Shown: positions 17,974 to 27,707, counted from the first letter of the stretch. The stretch: 27,887 bases of DNA from Candidatus Hydrogenedentota bacterium (GCA_046583315.1 JAYGCN010000157.1:1-27887), one strand, 5' to 3'. Notes: generated by a model not told the origin, from the sequence alone. Translations and numbers: made by a program.

Positions 17974-19035
17974 TCACGCGTAGTGGATGTTTGAGTCTCT
18001 TGCGGCGATGAGGTTTTCCTCGAAGTGTTTAAAGTTCTGCATGTCCGCGTTGCACACATCGACACCGTTTTCCAGGCAATACGCGTAGGAGCGTTGGAAG
18101 GGACTCAGATTCGCCTTCAGGAAATTCGGGGAATAGTGTTTATCGAAGGTGTCCAGGGGATTCGCATCGTCGACCGTGCCGTATTTCGCGCCGTAGGGTT
18201 GTTGCGCGATGGGACGGGCCGCTTTCATGCCGCAGATGCCAATGCCTGCCGCCTTGGCCTTGTCGAGAATCGGCTTGATGTCCTTGAGCGAACCTTTCTC
18301 GCCGAGTAATTCCCGTTTGCGATAGTCGTACCAGCCCGAGGGCGTAATGGCGATCATCGCCACGGAGAACCAGCCTGTTTCGGTGGCGGCTTCGAGGCAT
18401 TCTTTGGCATTTTCGTGGGTGGAGATGCCGAGATAACCGACCTTGCCCGCACTCTTCGCCGCCAGGAAGGCGTTGTGCATTTCTTCGCTCTGAACCAACT
18501 CCGGATCGCTCACGCCCATATAGTAATAGGCATCGACATATTCCGTTTCGAGTCGTTGCAACGAAAGATCCATCTGGTTTGCCCAGTAAGCCGCCGCCTG
18601 TTTCGCTTTATCCGCGTTCAACTTTCCGCCACCTGGAACACGCGCGGGTGCTTTGGAGGTCACCCAGATTTCATCGCGATGACGTTTCCAGAAGGGCGCC
18701 AAATGTTTTTCCGAGCCTTTGTAATAATCGTCATACCCGACATCATAGAAATTCACGCCTTGCGCAAAAGACCGCTCCAGCAAACGCACGGCTTTACCGC
18801 CCGCAAGTGCCGCGCCGCATCCAAATACAAGGCGACTCGCCATCAGTTTCGTATTACCGAGCTCCTGATATTTCATGCGATCGGGCTGATAATTGCGATA
18901 ATCCTTGCCGTCATCCGGCGTGGCCGCGAGAGCACGCTCATGCGACGAAGTAAGCATTACTGCGCCGGCAGCTGCGGCAGAAGTTTTCAGGAATTGACGA
19001 CGGGACGTATGGTTATCGTTGATTTCAGGGCTCAT
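17974..19035 (-). CDS. Aldo/keto reductase-like protein with a twin-arginine signal
   Basis: SRRQFLK Tat motif; LGNTKLMASRLVFG, GVNFYD, TSK, SLQRLETEYVD, GKVGYLGISTH and GMK motifs; GAGGT RBS. Confidence 0.85.
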   Translation of the reverse strand: MSPEINDNHTSRRQFLKTSAAAAGAVMLTSSHERALAATPDDGKDYRNYQPDRMKYQELGNTKLMASRLVFGCGAALAGGKAVRLLERSFAQGVNFYDVGYDDYYKGSEKHLAPFWKRHRDEIWVTSKAPARVPGGGKLNADKAKQAAAYWANQMDLSLQRLETEYVDAYYYMGVSDPELVQSEEMHNAFLAAKSAGKVGYLGISTHENAKECLEAATETGWFSVAMIAITPSGWYDYRKRELLGEKGSLKDIKPILDKAKAAGIGICGMKAARPIAQQPYGAKYGTVDDANPLDTFDKHYSPNFLKANLSPFQRSYAYCLENGVDVCNADMQNFKHFEENLIAARDSNIHYA

Positions 19036-19106
19036 GATGGGCGGACCTCGCTGGTTTCGTATGGATTGTTTAGACGATCACAATATCACAGCAGACGCAT
19101 CCGCGC

Positions 19107-19150
19107 AACAAACAAAAGCCCCGCAAACAGGGCCTGTTCAAGGGGCTTCG
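19107..19150 (-). terminator. Probable terminator downstream of tRNA-Leu
   Basis: Minus strand reads AAGCCCC-TTGAACAGGCCCTGTTTGC-GGGGCTT followed by TTGTTTGTT. Confidence 0.6.
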
Positions 19151-19165
19151 GAGTAAATTGAAAAA

Positions 19166-19252
19166 TGGTGCCGGAGAGAGGACTTGAACCTCCACGCGGT
19201 TGCCCGCACATGGACCTGAACCATGCGTGTCTGCCAATTTCACCACCCCGGC
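19166..19252 (-). tRNA. tRNA-Leu (anticodon CAG)
   Basis: GCCGGGGTGGTGAAATTGGCAGACACG-CATGG-TTCAGGT-CCATG-TGCGGGCAACCGCGT-GGAGG-TTCAAGT-CCTCT-CTCCGGC-ACCA: cloverleaf, long variable arm, A discriminator, encoded CCA; 87 nt. Confidence 0.97.
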
Positions 19253-19271
19253 ACAGGGGTAAAGAGTGCAG

Positions 19272-19301
19272 ATCATACCGAATAGGCGGGTTGTGAGTCA
19301 A
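19272..19301 (-). promoter_or_regulatory. Putative sigma70 promoter of tRNA-Leu
   Basis: Minus strand TTGACT, 18-nt spacer, TATGAT; about 20 nt upstream of the mature tRNA 5' end. Confidence 0.6.
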
Positions 19302-19395
19302 TGTACTGTGCCTGAATCGACATTGTAGCTTGCGTCCCGGTAGGTCCAATATGGCATGATGGTCTGCTCAATTGTAAATTAACCAGGAGCAGATT

Positions 19396-20154
19396 ATGTT
19401 TGATATGACGGGTCAGAATGTTTTGATAACGGGTTCTTCGAAAGGGATCGGTAAGGCGATTGCCGAGGCGATGGCGGCACAGGGCGCGAATGTAGTGATT
19501 TCGAGTCGTAAGGGCGATGTGTGTGACGCGGTGGCAGAGGACATCAACAGTCGCGGTGGCGGGAAGGCGGTCTCGATTGCCTGCAACATTTCACACAAGG
19601 AGCAGCTGGAGAACTTGGTCGCGAAGACGCATGAGCAGTTGGGCGACATTCATACGCTGGTGTGCAACGCGGCTGTGAACCCCCACTACGGCCCTCTTTC
19701 GGAAATCCCTGATTCAGCGTTCGAGAAAGTTATGCATTGCAATATCATGAGCAACCACTGGTTGTGTCAGATGGTGCTGCCGGAAATGGTCGAACGCAAG
19801 GATGGTTCGATCATCATCGTGTCGAGCGTGGGTGCGTATCGCGGGAATACGATGCTTGGCGCGTATGTGATTTCGAAGGGCGCGGACTTGCAACTGGTGC
19901 GTTGTCTGGCCGTGGAGAATGGTCCGCATAACATTCGTGTCAACGGCCTCGCGCCGGGATTGATTAAAACAGATTTCGCAAAGGCACTCTGGGAAGATCC
20001 CGTGCGCGCGAAGAAGGTGGAAGCGACATATCCGTTGCGACGTCTAGGTGAACCGGAAGACATCGCGGGTACGGCTATCCTGCTTGCGTCAAAAGCGGGG
20101 AATTACATTACGGGCCAGACCATCACCATCGATGGCGGTGGCCTAACTACCTAA
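19396..20154 (+). CDS. Short-chain dehydrogenase/reductase (DHRS4-like)
   Basis: TGSSKGIG, CNAAVNP, VSS, catalytic YVISK, PGLIKT and ITGQTITIDGG; AGGAG RBS. Confidence 0.95.
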   Translation: MFDMTGQNVLITGSSKGIGKAIAEAMAAQGANVVISSRKGDVCDAVAEDINSRGGGKAVSIACNISHKEQLENLVAKTHEQLGDIHTLVCNAAVNPHYGPLSEIPDSAFEKVMHCNIMSNHWLCQMVLPEMVERKDGSIIIVSSVGAYRGNTMLGAYVISKGADLQLVRCLAVENGPHNIRVNGLAPGLIKTDFAKALWEDPVRAKKVEATYPLRRLGEPEDIAGTAILLASKAGNYITGQTITIDGGGLTT

Positions 20155-20229
20155 ACCGCCCTTTTCTTTGATAAGAAAAGGTAAGACCAAAAGAAACCAA
20201 GAAATGCTTTGCCTTTCCTGATGGAAGAT

Positions 20230-20266
20230 ACCCGGGTGAACTTGCTTTGCCCGGGTTTTCTTTTTC
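20230..20266 (+). terminator. Probable terminator between the convergent SDR and DUF1501 genes
   Basis: ACCCGGGTGAA...TTTGCCCGGGT hairpin followed by TTTCTTTTT. Confidence 0.65.
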
Positions 20267-20318
20267 TATTGCGGGTCGATAGGTCTGAGAGATTGTCGTG
20301 CTGCGCTCGCGATGACGA

Positions 20319-21749
20319 CTAAGAAAGGATGTCGTGGCGGACGTGGCCGTGGACGTCGGTTAGGCGATAGTCGCGGCCCTGGGCGCGGAAGGTTAGTTTT
20401 TTGTGGTCTACGCCGAAAAGGTGGAGCATGGTGGCGTGGAGATCGTGCACGGGGAAGATGTCTTCGACGGCGTTGTATCCGAAGTCGTCGGTCGCCCCGT
20501 AGGTCATGCCCGGTTTGATGCCACCGCCTGCCATCCACAGCGAGAATCCCTTAATGTGGTGATCGCGACCACTGCCCTGCGCCATGGGAGTCCGTCCGAA
20601 TTCGCCGCCCCAGATGACGAGGGTATCGTCGAGCATGCCACGTTGCTTGAGGTCGGTGATGAGGGCTGCGGTGGCTTGATCGACGAGTCCCGCAACATTG
20701 CTGATGGCTTTTTTGACTTCGCCGTGGTGATCCCAGCCGCGATGATAGAGTTGAATGAAGCGTACACCCCGTTCCGCGAGACGTCGTGCAAGCAGGCAAT
20801 TCGCCGCGTACGTGCCGTCCGCACGTTCCGCGCCGTAGAGGTCTTTGATGTGTTGGGGTTCATCAGAAAAGTCGATCAAATCGGGCACCGAGGTCTGCAT
20901 TTTGAAGGCCATTTCGTATTGGCTGATACGCGTGGCGATTTCGGGATCGTTCACCATATCCTGACGCGCTGCGTTGAGTTTGTTGATGGCGTTGATGACA
21001 TCACCTTGTTGTTCGTGTGTGACTCCGGACGGTGTGTTGACGTAGTGGACGGGGTCGCCCTTGGAACTGAATTGCACGCCCTGAAATTTGGAGGGGAGAA
21101 ATCCGCTGCTCCATTGACGGGTGGAGATGGGTTGATCCTGACCTCCTCCGATCGACGTGAGCACAACGAAGCCGGGAAGGTTTTCGGCACCCGTTCCCAA
21201 GCCGTAGGTGAACCAGGAGCCCATGCTTGGACGCCCGGAGATGGATGAGCCAGTGTTCATGAAGGTGTGTGCGGGGTCGTGGTTGATTTGCTCAGTGACC
21301 ATCGAACGCACGATGCAGATGTCGTCTGCGATGCCACCGATTTTCGGGAGCACGTCGCTGACTTCTTGTCGCGATTCGCCATATTTCTGGAAACCGTGTT
21401 GAGGGCCGAGACAACGCAATGCCTTGCCTTGAAGTTGCGCGATGGGTTGGCCCTGGGTGATGCTCGCAGGCATCGATTTCCCATCCTGCTCAGCCAGGAT
21501 GGGTTTGTGGTCGAAGGTTTCGAGATGGGAGGGGCCGCCAGCCATGCACAGGTGGATGACGCGTTTGGCTTTGGGGGCGTGATGAAGCGGATCGACCACG
21601 CCTTGCCAGGTTCCGTCCGCGTAGGCCGCTCCGGAAAACTTACCGATATTCAGCAGCGAGGCGAATGCTAACGTGCCGATGCCTTTGGCGCTACGACCGA
21701 GGAATTCGCGTCGCGTTTCGAGTAATTTTAGTTCGTCATACCAATGCAT
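20319..21749 (-). CDS. DUF1501 family protein (sulfatase-like fold) with Tat-like signal
   Basis: TRREFLG; KAKRVIHLCMAGGPSHLETFD, NHDPA, RPSMGSW, CLLARRLAERGVRFIQL, WDHH, WGGEFGRTP and GRDHH motifs. Start set at ATG 21749 after AGGA. Confidence 0.92.
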   Translation of the reverse strand: MHWYDELKLLETRREFLGRSAKGIGTLAFASLLNIGKFSGAAYADGTWQGVVDPLHHAPKAKRVIHLCMAGGPSHLETFDHKPILAEQDGKSMPASITQGQPIAQLQGKALRCLGPQHGFQKYGESRQEVSDVLPKIGGIADDICIVRSMVTEQINHDPAHTFMNTGSSISGRPSMGSWFTYGLGTGAENLPGFVVLTSIGGGQDQPISTRQWSSGFLPSKFQGVQFSSKGDPVHYVNTPSGVTHEQQGDVINAINKLNAARQDMVNDPEIATRISQYEMAFKMQTSVPDLIDFSDEPQHIKDLYGAERADGTYAANCLLARRLAERGVRFIQLYHRGWDHHGEVKKAISNVAGLVDQATAALITDLKQRGMLDDTLVIWGGEFGRTPMAQGSGRDHHIKGFSLWMAGGGIKPGMTYGATDDFGYNAVEDIFPVHDLHATMLHLFGVDHKKLTFRAQGRDYRLTDVHGHVRHDILS

Positions 21750-21760
21750 GAGTCTGATTC

Positions 21761-24700
21761 CTATGAGCGAGTAATGGTTTCGTGAAGATTGAGGATAATC
21801 CGCGCGACCGAGGTCCATGCGGCCAGTTCCGCCGCGTCCGTATTTTCTGGAGGAGTAAACATTCCGATAGCAAGCAGGTTCGTGGCATTCTCAGGGGTTT
21901 CGGAAAACGATGCCTTATGTTTCGCGTACACATCATTCAAAATAGACACTTCTTCACTGCTCGGTATGCGCGAAATGGCCTGTCGGAGCGCCCAGGAAAT
22001 TTTGGCATCCGTCGAAGCGCCACCCTCGTTGATAATGCGACTCGCGAAGGCTTTGGATGCTTCGACGTAAGTGGGGTCGTTGAGCAAGGTAAGCGCCTGC
22101 AGTGGCGTGTTGGAAATGGCGCGTTCAGCAGTGCATTCTTCGCGTGACGGCGCGTCGAAGGCCATCATGCTCGGGTGCAGGAATGATCGTTGCCAGTGTA
22201 TATAGAGTCCCCGGCGATATTGACTCTCGTTTTCGTCGTGCTCCCACTTGCGTTTTGGGAAATTGAGATGTTCCCAATAGCCTTCGGGTTGATAGGGTCG
22301 AACGCTCGCGCCACCGATGGTGTTCTCGAGCAATCCACTCAACGTGAGCGCTGTGTCACGAACCATTTCGGCTTCATAGCGGAAGGTTGATTGTCGGGCG
22401 ACGAGTTTGTTTTGGGGATCGCGTTGAAGCAGCTCAGGAGAGACGTTCGAACTTTGTTGATACGCCGCAGATTCGGTGATAAGTCGGATTACATGCTGAG
22501 TATCCCACCCGCTTTCTACGAATTCGACGGACAACCAGTCCAGAATTTCCGGATGCGTGGGCATTTCGCCCTGTGTGCCGAGGTCGTCGAGCGTGCCGGA
22601 CAGTCCTCTTCCGAAAAAGAGTTTCCAGAGCCGATTCACATACACACGGGCGGTGAGCGGGTTGTCCGGATTCACCAGCCACTGGGCCAGATCGAGACGG
22701 TTGGGTTGGGGATTCGATGTCGAAAGCGGTGGAAGAAATTCCGGCACATCCGGGGTCACGATCGGGCCTGAATCATCGAGCCAATTGCCTCGGGGTAGTA
22801 AACGAGTCTCGCGTGGAATCGGCAGTGCCCTACTATAAAGCGTGAACGGCATGCCGTTGATGATGGACAGTCGTTTGATGTGAGCCTTCTTCAATGCGTC
22901 TCGAACAAAGTCACGATCCGAGTCGATGGTCAAATAATAAGGCAGTGCCTGGGCCAGCAAGGCCCCTGATTTTGAATGGCCTCTCTTGGCTGCCATGAAT
23001 CGTTCTGGCACACCCACAGCCGCATCAATCCTGGGACGATTATCGGTCGTGGCGGAAACCCGTACGCGTCCGAAAGCCGATCGATCCTCGCCGTTGAGCG
23101 CAAGATAATGGAGGCGCACCGTGATCGTAGTGTCGCGCCCGCCTTCGATAGGCTCCTCGAATTCATACATCCACGCGATTGGATTCCTGGGGTCATCCCC
23201 GCCGGAATAACGCCAATTCGACACGAGGTTTCCATCAAAGGTCCGCTTGGGAGAATTCTTGTCCCGATCGAAACTGAGTGTTCCTGATTTTATGGTAACG
23301 GGCGTCCGTGTCGAGGCATCCGACGAGGTCGCGAAGATTTCAATTTCGTTGAGCTGCGGCGTCCGACGATAGCGCGACAGGCTTGACACGAAGGAGGGAT
23401 GCGAAAACGCATCGAAGCGAATTCCGGTGATGTTTTTCTGGTCGGTAACAAAAGTGAACTCGTGAACATCCTGCGGCGCATCAAGACCGACAGAGAGAAT
23501 GGAAAGATCGGGCTGGAGTTCAAAGGCCCCATGATTGTCCGAGCCCGTTTGCGTGGGAGTTAAGGGAAGCCACCCACTCGTCGTTTCCGAATTACGCGGC
23601 TTAACGGATTTCAGCCACTTTTTGGCATCTTTTTCCGTCTTCTTGTTCGTCGTCTGAAGGCTCATTTTGAGTCGTTCAATCTGCGCATCGGCTTTGTCCA
23701 GCCGTTCCTTCTGTTTGTCATTGGGCAGACGAAGTATCGGTGCCCATGTCGAGCGACCGGGGTAGACATCATCTTCTTCGAGGTCAGCAAAGAACGCGGC
23801 GAATTGATAGAATTCTTTGGTCGCAACAGGGTCGAACTTGTGATCGTGACACTCTGCGCATTCCAGGGTCGTCCCAAGCCAGATGGATCCCAGCGCCCGC
23901 ACGCGGTCAGCGTTGTATTTGGCGCGATATTCTTTGCCTTGGGCACCGCCTTCCGCCGTGATTTGGTTGAGTCGATTGAAGCCCGTCGCGACGAGCTGTT
24001 CTTGCGTGGGATTATCAAGCAGATCGCCGGCGAGTTGCTCAATGGTGAACTCGTCGAAGGATTTGTTGCTGTTGAATGCATTGATTACATAGTCACGGTA
24101 CGGAAAGATTACGCGTTCTTCGTCGGAATGGTATCCGTTGGAATCCGCATAACGAACCTGATCAAGCCAGTCGATGGCCATGCGCTCGCCGTACGCGGGT
24201 GATGCGAGCAAGGAGTCAACCATTTTCGAATAGGCCTCACCAGAAGGGTCTGCGACAAAGCCGTCGACCACCTCCGTCGTTGGAGGAAGGCCTGTCAGAT
24301 CGTAGTGAATTCGGCGAACCAGCGTAACCGGGTCCGCTTTCGCCGAGGGCTGCACGCCTTCAATTTTAAGATTGGCGAGAAGGATTTGGTCGATGGCGTT
24401 TTTCGACCAGCCATCGTTGTTGATTGAAGCGACTTTGGGTCTGGTCGGCGTAATGTAGGACCAAAGCGGTTCATATTCAGCGTCTTGTTCTATCCAGGCG
24501 GCCAAGAGGTGACGGTCGGCATCTGTGAGCGTTTTCCCTGAGTTGTGAGGGGGCATGGCTTCGTCTATGTCATGATGGAAGATGCGTTTGACCAACTCGC
24601 TGGTCGTGGCATCACGCGCCACGATGGCCGCGCCGTCTTCGCGAACCGCTTTGGCATCTTCTTCGAGGTCCAGTCGCAGATGGGCCTTGCGGGCTGCACT

Positions 24701-25246
24701 GTCCGGGCCGTGGCATGCGAAACAACTGTTCGAAAGAATGGGACGGATGTGTTTGTTGAAGGAAATATTCGTGACGGGTGTGCTGAAGGTGGCGGGCAGG
24801 ATTACAGGCTTACTCTTTTTCTCGTCCCAATACGCTTTGGCTTTGGCGTTGGACGTATCCGCGAGCTGCTGGGTCCAGCCTTCGGTCGATGCGCCTTCCA
24901 GAATCCACGTGCGAAGCAGATCGATCTGTTGTTCTGAAAGTGGATCTCCTTTCGACGGCATGCGATCGGGATCATCGGAGGGAAGCGCGACGAGTTCGAG
25001 CAAACTACTCTCGATAAGGTCGTCCCTGTCGATAACGACACCAAATTCGCCGCCCGTTTCCATTGCGTCGGGCGTATCGAGTCGGAGTTCGCCTTCGGTT
25101 TTTGCTTCCCCGTGGCAGCGGATGCAATGCTGGTCAAGAATGGGCCAGATATCCTCGGTAAATTGCGGGGGTATCGCGACAGACGCGAGGTTGAACGACA
25201 AAAAAGCTACGACTATAGGCGCAACGATAATCCGATAGGGTTTCAT
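21761..25246 (-). CDS. Planctomycete cytochrome c domain protein with DUF1549 and DUF1553 (PSD1) domains
   Basis: Signal peptide; CxxCH motifs CIRCH, CFACH and CAECH; LDQVRYADSNG, EQLAGDLL, NPLTARVYVNRLW, HPEILDWL and NTPLQALTLLND. Start likely ATG 25246 after GGAG (track start 25267). Confidence 0.92.
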   Translation of the reverse strand: MKPYRIIVAPIVVAFLSFNLASVAIPPQFTEDIWPILDQHCIRCHGEAKTEGELRLDTPDAMETGGEFGVVIDRDDLIESSLLELVALPSDDPDRMPSKGDPLSEQQIDLLRTWILEGASTEGWTQQLADTSNAKAKAYWDEKKSKPVILPATFSTPVTNISFNKHIRPILSNSCFACHGPDSAARKAHLRLDLEEDAKAVREDGAAIVARDATTSELVKRIFHHDIDEAMPPHNSGKTLTDADRHLLAAWIEQDAEYEPLWSYITPTRPKVASINNDGWSKNAIDQILLANLKIEGVQPSAKADPVTLVRRIHYDLTGLPPTTEVVDGFVADPSGEAYSKMVDSLLASPAYGERMAIDWLDQVRYADSNGYHSDEERVIFPYRDYVINAFNSNKSFDEFTIEQLAGDLLDNPTQEQLVATGFNRLNQITAEGGAQGKEYRAKYNADRVRALGSIWLGTTLECAECHDHKFDPVATKEFYQFAAFFADLEEDDVYPGRSTWAPILRLPNDKQKERLDKADAQIERLKMSLQTTNKKTEKDAKKWLKSVKPRNSETTSGWLPLTPTQTGSDNHGAFELQPDLSILSVGLDAPQDVHEFTFVTDQKNITGIRFDAFSHPSFVSSLSRYRRTPQLNEIEIFATSSDASTRTPVTIKSGTLSFDRDKNSPKRTFDGNLVSNWRYSGGDDPRNPIAWMYEFEEPIEGGRDTTITVRLHYLALNGEDRSAFGRVRVSATTDNRPRIDAAVGVPERFMAAKRGHSKSGALLAQALPYYLTIDSDRDFVRDALKKAHIKRLSIINGMPFTLYSRALPIPRETRLLPRGNWLDDSGPIVTPDVPEFLPPLSTSNPQPNRLDLAQWLVNPDNPLTARVYVNRLWKLFFGRGLSGTLDDLGTQGEMPTHPEILDWLSVEFVESGWDTQHVIRLITESAAYQQSSNVSPELLQRDPQNKLVARQSTFRYEAEMVRDTALTLSGLLENTIGGASVRPYQPEGYWEHLNFPKRKWEHDENESQYRRGLYIHWQRSFLHPSMMAFDAPSREECTAERAISNTPLQALTLLNDPTYVEASKAFASRIINEGGASTDAKISWALRQAISRIPSSEEVSILNDVYAKHKASFSETPENATNLLAIGMFTPPENTDAAELAAWTSVARIILNLHETITRS

Positions 25247-25403
25247 AGGGTACTCCGGCATGGTCATTTCAATAGTGTATCCTCAATCGATAGCTCTGGG
25301 CGATTGGCGAGATCCAAAGGGTTCAGACGGTAATTGATTGGGTGTTGTATGTACTGTATGGTAATACCCTTGACCAAATAATGCTGTATGGGAGGATAAA
25401 CCG

Positions 25404-25802
25404 ATGGCTACGACACGAGGAATCGCGGGATGGCACGAAATAATGGAGACAGGAGATTCCTCCCTGTTGGACGATTTGCTGGCAGACGATGTGGTGTTCC
25501 ATTCCCCGGTCGTGCATTCGCCTCAGGAGGGTAAGGCGATTACGAAATTGTATTTGTCGGCGGCATCGAATGTATTGGGCGGTGATGATTTTGAGTATGT
25601 TCGCGAAGTTGATGGCGGATTGAATGTGGTGCTGGAATTTCGAAACGTAATAGAGGGCATCACGATCAATGGCGTGGACATCATTCGATTCAACGATGAA
25701 GGTCAGATCGTGGATTTTAAGGTCATGGTGCGTCCGCTCAAGGCGATTAACAAGATTCATCAGAAAATGGCCGAGATGTTGCAGCAGCTGGCACCAAAAT
25801 AG
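25404..25802 (+). CDS. NTF2/SnoaL-like family protein
   Basis: LLADDVVFHSPVV, INGVDIIRF and FKVMVRPLKA motifs; GGAGG RBS. Confidence 0.9.
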   Translation: MATTRGIAGWHEIMETGDSSLLDDLLADDVVFHSPVVHSPQEGKAITKLYLSAASNVLGGDDFEYVREVDGGLNVVLEFRNVIEGITINGVDIIRFNDEGQIVDFKVMVRPLKAINKIHQKMAEMLQQLAPK

Positions 25803-25947
25803 AATTTCGCCTATTTTCCGGTTAGCACGAATAAATTGAAACGTGCAGGTGTTTGTGATTAAATCGCAGATCACTGTCGATGAATAGACGTCGGGCGCAA
25901 TCGCCATGACGTGGATTGAATGACTAACGAATAGAAGGAGATTGATC

Positions 25948-26514
25948 ATGTACCGTTTACGTATGGTATCCACCGCCCTGTTGTTGACTGTGTTGCTCGG
26001 AACGGCGTTCGTTTCGGAAGCCCAGTATGGACGCGATAAAACGAAAGCCGATGCGAGTCCCGGTGCGACCGCCGGACAGACCATCGGGATCGATAGCAAG
26101 ATTTCTATCGACTATCATCGTCCGGCCGTTAAGGGTCGCAAAATCTGGGGAACGAACCTTGCTCCCATTAATGATGAAAAGCCCTGGCGTGCCGGCGCGA
26201 ATGAAACGACGGCCATCACCTTTAGCGATGACGTTGAGATTGGTGGCGAAAAGGTTGCTGCCGGAACCTACGGCGTACATATTGCCATTGCTGACGGGGA
26301 TTGGACCTGGGTGATTAATAAGGGTTACAAAACCTGGGGAACCTTTCAGTATAAAATCGACGACGACGTGGTTCGTGTAAAAGCGACCCCGGAAGACGCA
26401 CCGAATCAGGAAAGACTGGTCTTCGGATTCGACAATCTCACCTCAGACGGTGCTACATTGTTCATGCGTTGGGAAAAGAAGAAGGTCTCATTGCCCATCA
26501 AACTGGCAAAATAG
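25948..26514 (+). CDS. DUF2911-like exported protein
   Basis: Signal peptide; ASP...Q.IG, IDYHRPAVKGRKIWG, WRAGANETT, AGTY, WG...Y and L..RWE motifs; AAGGAG RBS. Confidence 0.85.
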   Translation: MYRLRMVSTALLLTVLLGTAFVSEAQYGRDKTKADASPGATAGQTIGIDSKISIDYHRPAVKGRKIWGTNLAPINDEKPWRAGANETTAITFSDDVEIGGEKVAAGTYGVHIAIADGDWTWVINKGYKTWGTFQYKIDDDVVRVKATPEDAPNQERLVFGFDNLTSDGATLFMRWEKKKVSLPIKLAK

Positions 26515-26534
26515 TTCTTCTTAGATTTTAATGT

Positions 26535-26570
26535 AGACCGCCCCTTGGCCAAATGTCAGGGGGCGGTTTT
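26535..26570. terminator. Hairpin terminator between convergent genes, possibly bidirectional
   Basis: ACCGCCCCTTGGC...GTCAGGGGGCGGT followed by TTT. Confidence 0.7.
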
Positions 26571-27704
26571 CTATTTCCTGCGCATTTCCCGCGCGATAAT
26601 CAACTTTTGAATGTCAGAAGTGCCTTCGTAAATCTGGCAGACGCGTACGTCTCGGTAGATGCGTTCGACTGGAAAATCGGCGAGGTAGCCGTAGCCGCCC
26701 AAGGTTTGCATGGCCCCGGAGCAGATGGATTCAGCGGCCTCGGACGCAAACAGTTTGGCCATGCATGCTTCGCGTAAACACGGTGTCCCCGCGTCTTTCA
26801 TGCGCGCCGCGTTGAGGGTCAACTGGCGCGCGGCCTCCAATTTGGTTTCGAGGTCAGCGAGCCTGAACGAAACGGCCTGGTGTTCGAAGATGGGTTTGCC
26901 GAAGGATTCGCGTTCGAATGAATACTGTTTGGCCACATCAAACGCCGCCTGTGCCATGCCGACGCTTTGGGCCGCGATGCCGATACGCCCTGTCTCTAGG
27001 CTGGAGAGCGCGATGCCGTATCCCTGACCTTCATCGCCGATGCGTAAATCGATAGGCACTTTCATGTCAGTGAACGAGAGCGCCGAGGTGTCGGACGCGC
27101 GTTGGCCGAGTTTTTGTTCGGTGTTGGCGACCTCAAAGCCGGGCGTATCGTTGGGAACGATGAAACAGCTCAAGCCTTTTTTACCCGCCGTGGGATCGGT
27201 AACTGCAAAAAGTATCGTTGCCCCGGCGATTTTGCCCGAGGTGATGAATTGTTTGGAGCCGTTGATGACGTAATGGTCGCCTTCAAGGATGGCGCGGGTT
27301 CGTATGGCCGAGGCATCCGACCCGGCGTTCGCTTCGGTGAGTGCGAAGGCCCCGATGAATTCTCCTTGCGCAAGTGGTCGCAGGAATCGTTCTTTCTGCG
27401 TGTCGGAGCCGTAGGTGCTAAGGATGGCGTTGACCGGCGCGTTTTGCACGCTCATCATCGTGGAGACCGCCCCGTCCCCGGCAGCAATTTCGATGATCGC
27501 GAGCGCATACGAGAGGTAATCCGCACCAACGCCGCCCCAATCCGGGTCGACGGTCATGCCAAGCAGTCCGAGTTGACCCATTTCTTCGCGAATGGATAGC
27601 TCAATTTCTCCGGCTGCCTCACGTGCTGCGGCTCCAGGTGCGAGTTTTTCTTGCGCGAAGGAGCGGGCCATTTCGGCGATCATTTTTTGTTCATCGGTGA
27701 ACAT
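26571..27704 (-). CDS. Acyl-CoA dehydrogenase (short/branched-chain type)
   Basis: AFALTEANAGSD, NGSKQFIT, GRIGIAAQ, GGYGY and QIYEGTSDIQ motifs. Confidence 0.95.
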   Translation of the reverse strand: MFTDEQKMIAEMARSFAQEKLAPGAAAREAAGEIELSIREEMGQLGLLGMTVDPDWGGVGADYLSYALAIIEIAAGDGAVSTMMSVQNAPVNAILSTYGSDTQKERFLRPLAQGEFIGAFALTEANAGSDASAIRTRAILEGDHYVINGSKQFITSGKIAGATILFAVTDPTAGKKGLSCFIVPNDTPGFEVANTEQKLGQRASDTSALSFTDMKVPIDLRIGDEGQGYGIALSSLETGRIGIAAQSVGMAQAAFDVAKQYSFERESFGKPIFEHQAVSFRLADLETKLEAARQLTLNAARMKDAGTPCLREACMAKLFASEAAESICSGAMQTLGGYGYLADFPVERIYRDVRVCQIYEGTSDIQKLIIAREMRRK

Positions 27705-27707
27705 CGC

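Noticed and set aside
19070..19349. Small ORFs over the tRNA region
   Set aside because: They are read-throughs of tRNA-Leu and its promoter and terminator.
25323..26099. 258-aa minus-strand ORF
   Set aside because: Antisense to two well-supported + strand genes; no motifs.
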